A stretch of 64,000 nt of DNA from a virus (IMGVR_UViG_3300047554_000375); one strand, 5' to 3'; positions 1 to 9,169 are shown, numbered from the stretch's first letter. A program made the numbers and translations. Notes: generated from the sequence alone by a model not told the origin.

Positions 1-9
1 AGGAGTTTT

Positions 10-231
10 ATGAATATTAAATTAAAAGCGTTGTTGTTGACTGGCGGCTTCTTTGCCTCTTGTGTTTTGTTTGCTGTTGGTTTGCAATGGTTCTTGTCCT
101 CGTTTGATGCGGCTCAGATAACATTTGTGGCTCAATGCTTGGCTGTTTTGCTACTTGGATATGGTGTTTACGGTCTTATCTTGACCAAGTTAGAGATGGA
201 AAAATCTTTGGATAAGTTGAAAAAACTGTAA
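10..231 (+). CDS. hypothetical small membrane protein (two predicted TM helices)
   Basis: ORF with ATG at 10 preceded by AGGAG; hydrophobic stretches in translation. Confidence 0.55.
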   Translation: MNIKLKALLLTGGFFASCVLFAVGLQWFLSSFDAAQITFVAQCLAVLLLGYGVYGLILTKLEMEKSLDKLKKL

Positions 232-241
232 GGAGAATGGT

Positions 242-427
242 ATGCGTGTGGAGATGAATGGTCCGCTGTATCGTGTAGAGTGCCGTGAGTATGAGCGTGG
301 CTATGGTCAACGAGATATGGGCACCGTTTACTTTACTACTGAGGAAGAAGCCAAACAATATTGCTTAGAGTATGCTAGTGGCGATTCTGAGTGCTACTAT
401 CGTGCAAGTTATACTAGGGTGAACTGA
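242..427 (+). CDS. hypothetical protein
   Basis: ORF, RBS AGGAGAATGG upstream, tight spacing to neighbours. Confidence 0.5.
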   Translation: MRVEMNGPLYRVECREYERGYGQRDMGTVYFTTEEEAKQYCLEYASGDSECYYRASYTRVN

Positions 428-597
428 TGGGCGCTTTAGACTTTACATGGAATGCTATCCAGTCTGACCAGATTGATACTTTAGAAGATAAAGTGAAAGC
501 CCTAGAGAAGGATATGGAGACTGCTCGGGCGTGGATTGAGCATTTGACTAAACGGATTGAGGCTTTAGAGAATGAACGAGAAAATTCGTCAAATTGA
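427..597 (+). CDS. hypothetical coiled-coil protein (57 aa)
   Basis: hand-translated ORF, ATGA-type overlap with upstream stop; below ORF-track cutoff. Confidence 0.35.
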   Translation: MGALDFTWNAIQSDQIDTLEDKVKALEKDMETARAWIEHLTKRIEALENERENSSN

Positions 598-847
598 GAG
601 ACTGTCTGGACTAGAGTTATACGGACTTGGTCTAGACCGTGCTAAGTGGGAAGCGGCTGTGGAGCGATTTACTGAAATGGTGCTTACTTCAGCCTCTGAC
701 CATATCATGGAATCTTCGGATCGGTATCGTAGGGAATACTTTGCTGATAAAGTGTTAAAGACTTTTGATGGTGATGGTGAGTATGAGATTGGTACCATGG
801 AAGGTCTGAAAGAGTTTGGAGACAAGCGAAATGGAAACGGGTCATAA
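572..847 (+). CDS. hypothetical protein
   Basis: ORF track; start uncertain, overlaps previous ORF in another frame. Confidence 0.4.
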   Translation: MNEKIRQIERLSGLELYGLGLDRAKWEAAVERFTEMVLTSASDHIMESSDRYRREYFADKVLKTFDGDGEYEIGTMEGLKEFGDKRNGNGS

Positions 848-1010
848 TTTCAATCGGAAACTAAACTGCACTGGCATGTATCTGTATTGCTGTAAGTGCG
901 GTTTGGTAAGACTTGGTAACAAGGCTTCGCAAAAAGCGATTGGTAAACCCTGTGGCGGCTTGCGTGATTTGGATGATGAGGCTTATTTGAAGGCGAAAGG
1001 TAGAAAATGA
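816..1010 (+). CDS. hypothetical Cys-rich small protein
   Basis: ORF track; CxxC-like cysteines. Confidence 0.4.
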   Translation: METSEMETGHNFNRKLNCTGMYLYCCKCGLVRLGNKASQKAIGKPCGGLRDLDDEAYLKAKGRK

Positions 1011-1165
1011 TTATTTTTGATAAAGAATATTCTGATGAAAGTTTGGTTGACTTGGAGGGCCACATAGCGGATGCACTATCCGATAATGTCGGTGAAATTC
1101 CTCGTGATGAGAATGGATTTTTGACTGGCACCTTCCGTGTGACGATTGACTGGATACCTGACTAA
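1007..1165 (+). CDS. hypothetical protein (52 aa)
   Basis: hand-translated ORF with ATGA overlap to upstream gene. Confidence 0.3.
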   Translation: MIIFDKEYSDESLVDLEGHIADALSDNVGEIPRDENGFLTGTFRVTIDWIPD

Positions 1166-1191
1166 ATCGGTTGTAATACTTTTTTCTTATA

Positions 1192-1219
1192 TTGACAATT
1201 CTGCTGGATGTGGTATAAT
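1192..1219 (+). promoter_or_regulatory. sigma70-type early promoter TTGACA-N16-TATAAT
   Basis: exact -35 and -10 hexamers, 16-nt spacer, upstream of gene at 1250. Confidence 0.7.
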
Positions 1220-1249
1220 TAATTCAAGAAATCAGAAAAGAGGTTCAAA

Positions 1250-1582
1250 ATGCAAGATGTGACTTATAAAGGTTTGGCGGTGAATGAGTGTTATACTCTG
1301 ACCCAGGCTCTTTGTGAAGCCTTGGAAGCCGACTATTCTAAGAATGGCGCTTGTGCTTCCTGGAATGCTAAGAAGTATGTCATTGAATCTGGTCGGAAAT
1401 TTTTCAAAGTTGTAATGGTCGAAACTGCTACTGATAGCCGCTCGGTTCATGCCTTTGTTGAAAAATCCACTGGCTTGCTGTTTAAGGCGGCTTCTTGGAA
1501 TGCGCCAGCAAAAGGTGCTCGGTTTGACTTGAAGCGTGGTGTACCTGCTGTTGATTGGGCTGGTGGCTACTTGTATCGCTAA
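1250..1582 (+). CDS. hypothetical protein
   Basis: ORF with RBS AGAGG, downstream of consensus promoter. Confidence 0.7.
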   Translation: MQDVTYKGLAVNECYTLTQALCEALEADYSKNGACASWNAKKYVIESGRKFFKVVMVETATDSRSVHAFVEKSTGLLFKAASWNAPAKGARFDLKRGVPAVDWAGGYLYR

Positions 1583-1591
1583 GGAGAAAAA

Positions 1592-1684
1592 AGTGTTGTT
1601 TTATCGCTACGAATTACCAATTCTGTTGACAATGTTGGCGGTTTCTGTTATACTTGTCTTTGTTGATGTTTGGAGTATGTTATG
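1592..1684 (+). CDS. tiny hydrophobic protein (GTG start, ~30 aa)
   Basis: RBS AAGGAG then GTG; ATGA overlap with next ORF. Confidence 0.3.
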
Positions 1685-1846
1685 AAAGTTTTGAAGACTT
1701 ATGTGAATACCGATGGCGTTAAGGTAACTGTATACGCTACGGCTGCGGCTCGTCCTGGTGAGCGAACATGGCGTGGCAATGCGAAGTATTCTGTCGCTAA
1801 TCTTGGTCGTAAACAATTAACTACTGGAAGTCGGAGAGTTGTATAA
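1682..1846 (+). CDS. hypothetical protein (54 aa)
   Basis: hand-translated ORF with GGAG RBS. Confidence 0.45.
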   Translation: MKVLKTYVNTDGVKVTVYATAAARPGERTWRGNAKYSVANLGRKQLTTGSRRVV

Positions 1847-1898
1847 TGGGTGCTTTTGAACAAATGGTTGCTTACTTGGTCAAACGAGGAGAAACAAA

Positions 1899-2072
1899 AT
1901 GACTACTGGTGATGCTGTGAAATTGGTATCAAAATTTGGGGCTGCTTATAATTGTGATAGTTTTTTGGACTCTTTGGAGTTGATGGAGACTATGTTTAAG
2001 ATGGGCACTTTGCCTACTGAATATCGCATTGCTTACCGAATCACTATCGGTGAAATGGCGGAGTTTGTCTGA
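1899..2072 (+). CDS. hypothetical protein (57 aa)
   Basis: hand-translated ORF, RBS GAGGAG. Confidence 0.5.
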   Translation: MTTGDAVKLVSKFGAAYNCDSFLDSLELMETMFKMGTLPTEYRIAYRITIGEMAEFV

Positions 2073-2242
2073 TGGAAAATGTCGGACCAATGATTGTGGC
2101 TATGGTAATTGCTACATTCAACTTTTTTGTGGCGTTGATAAACTTGGAATTTGACAAGGTGCTGGCCAAGTTTTTCGTTGCTGTGAATCTTGTGTTGGGT
2201 GCTATGAATTTGGCTGTGGCTATTAAGTATTTGGTGGCTTGA
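2072..2242 (+). CDS. small membrane protein (56 aa)
   Basis: ATGA overlap, hydrophobic translation. Confidence 0.45.
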   Translation: MENVGPMIVAMVIATFNFFVALINLEFDKVLAKFFVAVNLVLGAMNLAVAIKYLVA

Positions 2243-2361
2243 TGTTTTCTGCTATAATGAACACACTAAAGTATATCGCATATTTTCTAGTTGCGTTTCT
2301 TTGGTCTTTGTTTATTCTTCCAATCTTTTACCACTTGTATAATTTTTTAAGGAGTTTGTGA
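2242..2361 (+). CDS. small membrane protein (39 aa)
   Basis: ATGA overlap chain, hydrophobic. Confidence 0.3.
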   Translation: MFSAIMNTLKYIAYFLVAFLWSLFILPIFYHLYNFLRSL

Positions 2362-2813
2362 TGGGTTTAGATATGTACTTGAGTGCCAAGCGTTATGTCT
2401 CTGAATATCGTAAGAGTGACGAGGCTTTGCGTGGTGAACTGGATAAACTTTCTGATTTGACTGGCGGCTTGGAAATCCAAGAAGTTTCGTGTGAGGCGAT
2501 GTACTGGCGCAAGGCTAATGCTATCCATGACTGGTTCGTTAAGAATGTGCAGGGTGGTGTTGATAACTGCGGCGAATATTTTGTTCCACGAGAAAAATTA
2601 CAGGAACTTTTAGAGTTGTGTAAAGAAGTAATGGCTAATAAAGGTCGTGCTGTTGAGTTGCTACCTACTGCAAGTGGTTTCTTTTTCGGTTCTACTGATT
2701 TTGATGACTACTATTTTGAGGATGTGCAAAGTACAATTACTCGGTTGGAAGAACTTTTGAGTAATTCTGAAATTGCCGATAACTTTGAATTCTACTACCA
2801 ATCATCATGGTAA
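2358..2813 (+). CDS. hypothetical protein
   Basis: ORF track, RBS AAGGAG. Confidence 0.8.
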   Translation: MMGLDMYLSAKRYVSEYRKSDEALRGELDKLSDLTGGLEIQEVSCEAMYWRKANAIHDWFVKNVQGGVDNCGEYFVPREKLQELLELCKEVMANKGRAVELLPTASGFFFGSTDFDDYYFEDVQSTITRLEELLSNSEIADNFEFYYQSSW

Positions 2814-3007
2814 TCATTAAATCTGATGTTGATAAGTTGCTGTCTGGTCTTCTTGGTAATGACCAGATGGTAATTGATTTGTGGTGGCGAAGTGCCAACA
2901 TTTCCTTTCAAGGAAAAACACCACTTTTTGTTTATCAAAAGGTTGACAACGGACACAAAATCGTTTATGATTATGTTTTGAAATTTTCTCTCGGAGAGTA
3001 TTCGTAA
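2807..3007 (+). CDS. hypothetical protein
   Basis: ORF track. Confidence 0.55.
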   Translation: MVIIKSDVDKLLSGLLGNDQMVIDLWWRSANISFQGKTPLFVYQKVDNGHKIVYDYVLKFSLGEYS

Positions 3008-3318
3008 TGGAAAAATTAGTTAAAGATGGTATGGTTGCTGTGCTAGTGTCTCGTGGTTATGGTGCTGGTTGGTCTACTTGGATGTCCGATTATCCTGAAT
3101 GTTTGTTTGATCCTGTGTTGGCTCAAATGATTATTGATGGCGCTGATGAAATGGAAATTGCTACCGTTGCTCAGAAACGATATCCAGATGCGTATCTTGG
3201 TGGTCTAGATGGTTTGGATGTTGAGTGGTTACCAGTTGGTACTAAATTCCGTGTTGATGAATATGACGGTGCTGAAAGTATTGAATACCTTGGTGATATT
3301 TATTGGGAAGTGGCATGA
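3007..3318 (+). CDS. hypothetical protein
   Basis: ORF track. Confidence 0.7.
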   Translation: MEKLVKDGMVAVLVSRGYGAGWSTWMSDYPECLFDPVLAQMIIDGADEMEIATVAQKRYPDAYLGGLDGLDVEWLPVGTKFRVDEYDGAESIEYLGDIYWEVA

Positions 3319-3578
3319 AAACAGTTTGGAAATATATGATTCCGTTTCACTCAGATGGCAAGTTTGAGTTGGAATATCCTATACTTGGTCAGATTGTAAA
3401 AATTGATATGCAGGACGGTGTGCCGTGGATGTGGATTTTTATTGATACTGACCTTGAAGTTGATAAAAGAAAATTTGAGATTTACGGAACAGGACATTCT
3501 ATTGAAGACGGCCGAGTTTATCGTGGCACATTCTTTCAAAATATGTTTGTGTGGCATGTATTTGAGGTGTTTGAATGA
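3315..3578 (+). CDS. hypothetical protein
   Basis: ORF track, internal ATG at 3315 after GGAAG chosen as start. Confidence 0.6.
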   Translation: MKTVWKYMIPFHSDGKFELEYPILGQIVKIDMQDGVPWMWIFIDTDLEVDKRKFEIYGTGHSIEDGRVYRGTFFQNMFVWHVFEVFE

Positions 3579-3754
3579 TTGAATTGCGTTGGTATGTTCG
3601 TGCCGGCTGGGATGGTCCCGAACAAGTTTTACAGTATCGTGAATATGTTGATACTACTGTATACGCACAAGATCCTGGTGGATATGTTTTTCCACCACAA
3701 TCAAAAATGGAATGGTCGTATTGGAAAGATGTTCCAATCGTTGAAGATAAATGA
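3575..3754 (+). CDS. hypothetical protein (59 aa)
   Basis: hand-translated ORF with ATGA overlap; preferred over the N-terminal half of track ORF 3579-3974. Confidence 0.45.
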   Translation: MIELRWYVRAGWDGPEQVLQYREYVDTTVYAQDPGGYVFPPQSKMEWSYWKDVPIVEDK

Positions 3755-3764
3755 AGGAGTTATT

Positions 3765-3974
3765 ATGAGTAAAGTGGCTGAATTGGGTGAGTATTTGGCA
3801 ATTCGTATGGCAAACAGATTTTCTGTTCCCGGTATGAATTGGGGTTTTGATGAGTTGTTGAAAACTACCAAAGAATCTGAGTTGCAAGGTGTTGACTTGG
3901 CTCTGTTGGAGTTGTATACTCTTGTTTTGTTTCCTCCTGCTTTAGTTTATCTACAATCAGGAAAGACAGTTTAA
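3765..3974 (+). CDS. hypothetical protein (69 aa)
   Basis: AGGAG RBS 5 nt upstream of ATG 3765; this is the C-terminal part of track ORF 3579-3974. Confidence 0.55.
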   Translation: MSKVAELGEYLAIRMANRFSVPGMNWGFDELLKTTKESELQGVDLALLELYTLVLFPPALVYLQSGKTV

Positions 3975-4243
3975 TGCGTAAACGACAAATTGAACAAATG
4001 GTTGATTATGATATCAACGAAGCAGAATTGGAGAATATAATGGATAGTGGTGTGACACTTGATTTTGAAACGGCTAATGGTATTACACTTTGTTGCCTGA
4101 AAGAACAAATGGAATATTTGAAATCGGAACAAGATGAGATTGAATCTATGGATTCTGTTCCTGGTTACAAGCAAGCGGATTATTTTGCCAATCGTGAAAT
4201 TATGATTGCACTTAAAAAAGTTATTGAATACTACGGAGGTTGA
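3974..4243 (+). CDS. hypothetical acidic protein
   Basis: ORF track. Confidence 0.65.
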   Translation: MRKRQIEQMVDYDINEAELENIMDSGVTLDFETANGITLCCLKEQMEYLKSEQDEIESMDSVPGYKQADYFANREIMIALKKVIEYYGG

Positions 4244-5097
4244 TTATGTTTGGATTGTTTATTTTGTTAGTTGTGGCTATCGGTATTGCCGGTGGTATTT
4301 GGTTTGTTCTAGAGCGAAAGACACTAGGTCTTCTAATCGGAAGTTTAGTTTTCTTTGTTGGTGTTATCTTTCAGTCATTTACTGTGATTAGTGCAGGACA
4401 TACTGGTGTGCAGGTTACGCTGGGTGAAGTTAATCCGAATACATTATCTGAGGGTGTTCACTTTGTCAATCCTATCAGTAATGTAAAAAATGTTGATGTG
4501 CGATTGCAACGAGCGAATTTGAATAACGCATCGGCTGGTACAAAAGACTTGCAACAAGTTCATACTGATATTGTAATTAACTATCGTATGAATGCGAAGA
4601 AAGTTCCACATATCTTCAAAGAGTTTGGACTTGATGTTGACACAAAGGTTCTTGGACCTGCGATGAACGAATCATTCAAATCTGTTACTGGTCATTACAC
4701 AAGTGAAGAATTGGTGACTAAACGCCAAGAAGTATCTGATGCAATTCAACAACGATTGGCAGAGAAACTTGCTCCGTTCGATATTACTGTGCAGAACATT
4801 AGTTTGGTAAACTTTGGTTTCAGTAAGTCGTATCAAGATGCGATTGAAGCGAAGGTGATTGCTACACAACAAAAGCAAAAGGCCGAACAAGACTTGGAGC
4901 GTATTAAAGTTGAAGCCGCAAGCCGTATTGCACAAGCAAAAGGTGAAGCCGAAGCGATTGCGATTCAAGCACAAGCGATTCAGAGTAATGGTGGTCAACA
5001 ATATGTCCAACTACAATGGATCGAAAAGTGGGATGGTAAGTTGCCTCACACAGTTGTTGGTGCAGATACAAAAACAATGATGAGTATTGGTAAGTAA
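4240..5097 (+). CDS. SPFH/band-7 (prohibitin/HflC-like) membrane protein
   Basis: N-terminal TM helix followed by an SPFH-like core and a C-terminal coiled coil rich in A/E/Q. Confidence 0.8.
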   Translation: MIMFGLFILLVVAIGIAGGIWFVLERKTLGLLIGSLVFFVGVIFQSFTVISAGHTGVQVTLGEVNPNTLSEGVHFVNPISNVKNVDVRLQRANLNNASAGTKDLQQVHTDIVINYRMNAKKVPHIFKEFGLDVDTKVLGPAMNESFKSVTGHYTSEELVTKRQEVSDAIQQRLAEKLAPFDITVQNISLVNFGFSKSYQDAIEAKVIATQQKQKAEQDLERIKVEAASRIAQAKGEAEAIAIQAQAIQSNGGQQYVQLQWIEKWDGKLPHTVVGADTKTMMSIGK

Positions 5098-5106
5098 GGA
5101 ACAATC

Positions 5107-5535
5107 ATGGATTTAGTTTGGCTTGTATATGGTATTAGTTTGCTGAGTGGTATTGGCGCCATGTTGGGTGTTGCTATAGTCATTTCAATATGCTGTATGA
5201 TATTTTTACTGGGATATCGTGGCATGGAATGCACACAAGAGGATTTCTATGGTGCTCAAACGAATCAAAGGCGAGCCGAAAAAGGCAAATGGGCGATGGG
5301 TCATGTGAAAACTTCTTTGATTGTTTTTATTACATCGTCCGTGGTACTAACATTCTTGCCGAGTGAAAAGACCGCTTACTTGATGGTCGGTGCTTACGCT
5401 ACTCAAAAAATTGCTGAAAACGATAAAGTTCAGGAAACTGGCAGTAAAGTTTTGGCAGTTATCAATCAAAAACTTGATACTTACATTGAAGAAGGTATTG
5501 AAAAGGCTGAGAAAGCCGCAAAGAGTAAAAAATGA
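5107..5535 (+). CDS. hypothetical membrane protein
   Basis: ORF track, TM helices. Confidence 0.6.
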   Translation: MDLVWLVYGISLLSGIGAMLGVAIVISICCMIFLLGYRGMECTQEDFYGAQTNQRRAEKGKWAMGHVKTSLIVFITSSVVLTFLPSEKTAYLMVGAYATQKIAENDKVQETGSKVLAVINQKLDTYIEEGIEKAEKAAKSKK

Positions 5536-5813
5536 ATCTGAGTTTAGATTACGATAACACATATACAAGAGACAATGTTTTTTGGGACACATTCATTGAT
5601 GTTGCAAAACGACACGGTCATAAAGTATATGTGGTTACCATGAGAACACCTGCCGAGGGTGATGAAGTTGTGAAGTATCTTGCCCACCAAGTTGAGGCGA
5701 TTTACTTTACTTCACGAAAGAACAAACATGATTTTATGTTTGCCGCAGGCATTTCAATTGATGTTTGGATTGATGATATGCCATTTTTTATTTTGAATGA
5801 TGCGAGAATGTGA
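5532..5813 (+). CDS. hypothetical protein
   Basis: ORF track. Confidence 0.6.
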   Translation: MNLSLDYDNTYTRDNVFWDTFIDVAKRHGHKVYVVTMRTPAEGDEVVKYLAHQVEAIYFTSRKNKHDFMFAAGISIDVWIDDMPFFILNDARM

Positions 5814-5986
5814 TGAAAGAATTATTGGATGAAATGCACCGATTCATTTTTGAGCGGTCACTAAATTTGTTTGACTTTTGGTATTTGGCGGCAATTGCTA
5901 CACTTGCAACAGAATACACCGCTTGGTGTTGGTTGTTGGTGATTCCGTGCGTTTATGTCTCGGTGAAAGAATATAACAAATTGTAA
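5813..5986 (+). CDS. small membrane protein (57 aa)
   Basis: hand-translated, ATGA overlap. Confidence 0.45.
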   Translation: MKELLDEMHRFIFERSLNLFDFWYLAAIATLATEYTAWCWLLVIPCVYVSVKEYNKL

Positions 5987-6000
5987 ACTAAAGTATCCAC

Positions 6001-6028
6001 TTGACAACTGGCTGGATCCTGCTATAAT
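6001..6028 (+). promoter_or_regulatory. sigma70-type early promoter TTGACA-N16-TATAAT
   Basis: exact hexamers. Confidence 0.7.
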
Positions 6029-6054
6029 AATTCAATAAATTTATGGAGTTGATA

Positions 6055-6195
6055 ATGGGTAAAATGTCTGAACTTGATTTGCAAATTCGTGACCTGATTG
6101 AAAATGGTTATGATGCCGAATCTATTTCGTTGATTCTGGAAATTCCTGAATCTTGGGTGTATGAAGTTTTTGGAGAAATGGATGAATATGTTTGA
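6055..6195 (+). CDS. small protein (46 aa), possible HTH
   Basis: RBS GGAG; hand-translated. Confidence 0.45.
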   Translation: MGKMSELDLQIRDLIENGYDAESISLILEIPESWVYEVFGEMDEYV

Positions 6196-6376
6196 AAAAG
6201 TTGTTGCTTGGTTCAAAGAATATGATGATGAAATTACATGGTTCATTATCGGTTCGATGTTTGCTGATGGCACTACGGCGATAGCAAAACAAGAAACTGT
6301 ATTTGGTTTGTTCATGTTGTTTATCTCAGCCGCTTTGTGGTACTTTTATATGAAAGATTTGAAAGGTCGCAAATGA
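6184..6376 (+). CDS. hypothetical small membrane protein
   Basis: ORF track (6161) trimmed to internal ATG. Confidence 0.45.
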
Positions 6377-6603
6377 GCCGTAATATTTTCGTGAATGTTG
6401 ATGTTGATATTGATTTGTATGATATTGCTACCGAGGATTTAGTTGAAGAATTACATTCTCGTGGTTTTTATGATGAAGAGGTATCCGAAACCTGTATTGA
6501 GGGTAGTTTGATTGATAAAATCTTCCACTTGCGCCGTCAAGGGAAAGATTATGAGAAAGAATTAGACCTATATCTTTACCAAGTGACGGGTCGTGCTATA
6601 TAA
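6373..6603 (+). CDS. hypothetical acidic protein
   Basis: ATGA overlap start within track ORF 6337-6603. Confidence 0.6.
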   Translation: MSRNIFVNVDVDIDLYDIATEDLVEELHSRGFYDEEVSETCIEGSLIDKIFHLRRQGKDYEKELDLYLYQVTGRAI

Positions 6604-6612
6604 GGAATGAAA

Positions 6613-6753
6613 ATGTTAAAGCCAAGAAATTTAGTTGCTAAAGACCTACGCACACCGAAGTATCGTATGCGTGTGGTTGCCTTGGCTAAAGCATACAATC
6701 GTAAAAAAGAACAAGCCAAGTTAAAAAGAGAACTACATGAAAAAGCATACTGA
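6613..6753 (+). CDS. small basic protein (46 aa)
   Basis: RBS AAGGA; hand-translated. Confidence 0.45.
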   Translation: MLKPRNLVAKDLRTPKYRMRVVALAKAYNRKKEQAKLKRELHEKAY

Positions 6754-6754
6754 G

Positions 6755-7108
6755 ATGGAAGAGTATGATGGTTTTTTGTTTTTGCCTTCCGATGATGAAG
6801 ATGAAGACACAAGTGCGATGGAGTTTAGGTTCATAAAGTACAAACAAGATTTTGGACCTGCGGTAGAAGGTAATGACATTGGTGAAAAATACCATGTAGC
6901 ATTCTTTAAGCGTGATGCGGATGGACAATTTCAATTCGATGAAGAGTTTGAAGCCATCTTTGCTGACCCGATGACCTATGCAAAAGGTTTCATTGGACAT
7001 AATCTTTTTGGTACGATGGTAAAGAAGAAAGAAAGAACCAAAGAATGGTTCGATGAATACTTGACAGATATCAAAAAGAGTGTTATACTAGCCAATCAGA
7101 AAAGTTAA
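6755..7108 (+). CDS. hypothetical acidic protein
   Basis: track ORF 6737-7108 trimmed to ATG 6755. Confidence 0.6.
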   Translation: MEEYDGFLFLPSDDEDEDTSAMEFRFIKYKQDFGPAVEGNDIGEKYHVAFFKRDADGQFQFDEEFEAIFADPMTYAKGFIGHNLFGTMVKKKERTKEWFDEYLTDIKKSVILANQKS

Positions 7109-7120
7109 TTAGGAGTTTAT

Positions 7121-7417
7121 ATGATGAAGTCTACATTTTCAAATGTGTTTGTGAATAATGCAGAGCACCAAGAATGGTTGATTGAAGCCTTGAGAACAGG
7201 CCCTTTGACTATCAATTTCACCAAAGTTGATGGTACCGAACGTGCTATGAAATGCACACTGGATGAAACAATCGTTCCAAAAGATTTTGCACCAAAAACT
7301 GAAGGTACAGTTGAGCGTAAAAAATCGCCAGATGTTTTGGCTGTGTTTGATATTGAAAAATCTGGTTGGCGTTCATTCCGCTGGGATTCAATTAATTCTG
7401 TTGTTATTGAGGCTTAA
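7121..7417 (+). CDS. hypothetical protein
   Basis: ORF track, RBS AGGAG. Confidence 0.7.
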   Translation: MMKSTFSNVFVNNAEHQEWLIEALRTGPLTINFTKVDGTERAMKCTLDETIVPKDFAPKTEGTVERKKSPDVLAVFDIEKSGWRSFRWDSINSVVIEA

Positions 7418-7440
7418 TAATTTAAATAATAGGTAGAATA

Positions 7441-8067
7441 ATGGAATCACCCATTATTATTGATAATTGTATTCCGAAAACTTTACAGGACATGATAGAG
7501 CGTGAAGTTTTCTCATTACAACTTCCATGGTATTTTCTGGATAATATTACATTTGCCAGTAAAAAGTTTGAAGACAAAAATCTAACAACAAACTATGGGT
7601 TCAATCACACATTTGTGTCGATTGAGCGAAACGAGGTAATGCCGATACACACATTATTCTTTCCGATAATTTCTTGTGCCCTGGAGAAATTAAAAATGTC
7701 ATACGATACAAATAGATTGTATGGCGGAAGATTGTTTTTACAGTTGCCTGATGGTAATCCAAACAGACACAATAATCCTCATATTGATAGAGAGCAACCT
7801 CATTGGGTATTTCTTTATTATGTGAACGATTCGGATGGTGATACAATTCTATTCGATAAAACAACTTCGGATATTTCACCAAGTGAGTATAATCTCAGAA
7901 TGAAACAAGGTAATTTCAACAATTTTATTGAAAGTGCTTTTAAAGTTTCTGAGAGAATTACACCCAAAAAAGGAACATGTATTATTTTTGACGGCGCAAG
8001 ATACCATGCAAGTTCTTCACCGACAGTAAATAAAAGGTGTGTCGTTAACATAAATTACGCAAAGTGA
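7441..8067 (+). CDS. 2OG-Fe(II) oxygenase-like protein (putative)
   Basis: HxD (PHIDRE) and a distal His (RYHAS) with spacing typical of the double-stranded beta-helix dioxygenase fold. Confidence 0.6.
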   Translation: MESPIIIDNCIPKTLQDMIEREVFSLQLPWYFLDNITFASKKFEDKNLTTNYGFNHTFVSIERNEVMPIHTLFFPIISCALEKLKMSYDTNRLYGGRLFLQLPDGNPNRHNNPHIDREQPHWVFLYYVNDSDGDTILFDKTTSDISPSEYNLRMKQGNFNNFIESAFKVSERITPKKGTCIIFDGARYHASSSPTVNKRCVVNINYAK

Positions 8068-8074
8068 GAAAAAT

Positions 8075-8455
8075 ATGAGTACATCATGGACAGTAAGCCC
8101 TAAGTGGAAAAAATCCCTTATTGAGCGCCAGCATTGGACGAATGGTGAACAATCATTCTATGTTGATACAGTTTGGCGTGGTGGATCATTTACGGTGTAT
8201 ACCGATGATGACAATCCACCAAATATTGAGGAAGGTGTAGATATCTACAATTGTGGATATGAATCTGAGTTGATTGAGTGTTTTGATGGTTGTGCTGAGG
8301 AATACAACTTTGATGAATGTGATAATGAAACCCGTGAATGGATTGAAGAGTTTGTGGAAGAAAATTCCATCTTTGATTTGGAAGAACACGGATGGAATTC
8401 TTGGGATTGTGAAATGTTTATTGAGTGTGAGTTGGAAATCACAAAGGATGAATGA
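8075..8455 (+). CDS. hypothetical highly acidic protein
   Basis: ORF track. Confidence 0.65.
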   Translation: MSTSWTVSPKWKKSLIERQHWTNGEQSFYVDTVWRGGSFTVYTDDDNPPNIEEGVDIYNCGYESELIECFDGCAEEYNFDECDNETREWIEEFVEENSIFDLEEHGWNSWDCEMFIECELEITKDE

Positions 8456-8745
8456 TGAAAAAATATATTGTTGAAACTGTTGCGATGTACCGAATGGTGC
8501 ATGTTGTTGAAGTTGAAGATGATGCCGATATTCCATTAATCGTTCGTAATGCTGATGATAACTGGCAGGAACACTTGGGTGAATTGACTTTTGATAAAGC
8601 AGAATACTCGGAAGAAAAGATTGCACGATTCCGTGAGAAAAAATTCTACTGGGAAGGTACCGCATTCATTGGTGAAGACGGTTACATTTACTACAAACAT
8701 CCAACTGGCGAAATTCGCCAAGCACATTCGGCAAAAGTGAAATAA
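8452..8745 (+). CDS. hypothetical protein
   Basis: ORF track. Confidence 0.7.
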   Translation: MMKKYIVETVAMYRMVHVVEVEDDADIPLIVRNADDNWQEHLGELTFDKAEYSEEKIARFREKKFYWEGTAFIGEDGYIYYKHPTGEIRQAHSAKVK

Positions 8746-8771
8746 ATTTAAAAAAAAGTTGAAAAAAACGC

Positions 8772-8800
8772 TTGACAAGAGAAAAAAAAGCATATATAAT
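8772..8800 (+). promoter_or_regulatory. perfect sigma70 consensus promoter TTGACA-N17-TATAAT
   Basis: exact hexamers and spacing. Confidence 0.75.
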
Positions 8801-8806
8801 ACTATG

Positions 8807-8994
8807 ATGATAACGAAACAACATTCCTTTACGCAACCGACACGATTGAATTCGTGGGGTGGCTATTGCCTTGAGAATTCAAGTGATATGGCGATTAAGG
8901 GAAATAGGGTTCGTGAATGTGAGGGTTACGCTAAGTAACACAATTTAACCAAATATTCACAAGCCCTAGTCTAAAAAACTAGGGCTTTTTTCTT
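8807..8994 (+). ncRNA. candidate small stable RNA (promoter-to-terminator unit without ORF)
   Basis: bracketed by consensus promoter and rho-independent terminator; internal palindromes (cttgaGAATTCaag). Confidence 0.4.
8963..8994 (+). terminator. rho-independent terminator
   Basis: GCCCTAGT...ACTAGGGC stem followed by TTTTTT. Confidence 0.75.
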
Positions 8995-9031
8995 ATGTGT
9001 TGTCGAAATACAACATATTAGAAAAAAAGAT

Positions 9032-9060
9032 TTGACAACGGCATCGTTTCGTTGTAGAAT
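9032..9060 (+). promoter_or_regulatory. sigma70-type promoter TTGACA-N17-TAGAAT driving tRNA transcription
   Basis: hexamers and spacing. Confidence 0.65.
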
Positions 9061-9066
9061 ACAATC

Positions 9067-9092
9067 TGTTCTTTAAAAATTTGTAGAGTAAA
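9067..9092 (+). repeat. repeat A copy 1 (TGTTCTTTAAAAATTTGTAGAGTAAA)
   Basis: identical copy at 9881-9908 and inverted copy at 14731-14753. Confidence 0.8.
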
Positions 9093-9095
9093 TGT

Positions 9096-9169
9096 TGGGG
9101 GTTAGTTTAATGGTAGAACAACGGGTTTTGATCCCGTTGGCACAAGTTCGATTCTTGTACCCCTTACCA
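9096..9169 (+). tRNA. tRNA-Gln (anticodon TTG)
   Basis: manual cloverleaf fold: anticodon stem ACGGG/CCCGT, loop TTTTGAT, T-loop TTCGATT, encoded CCA; the 1-72 pair is unpaired (U-U). Confidence 0.7.
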
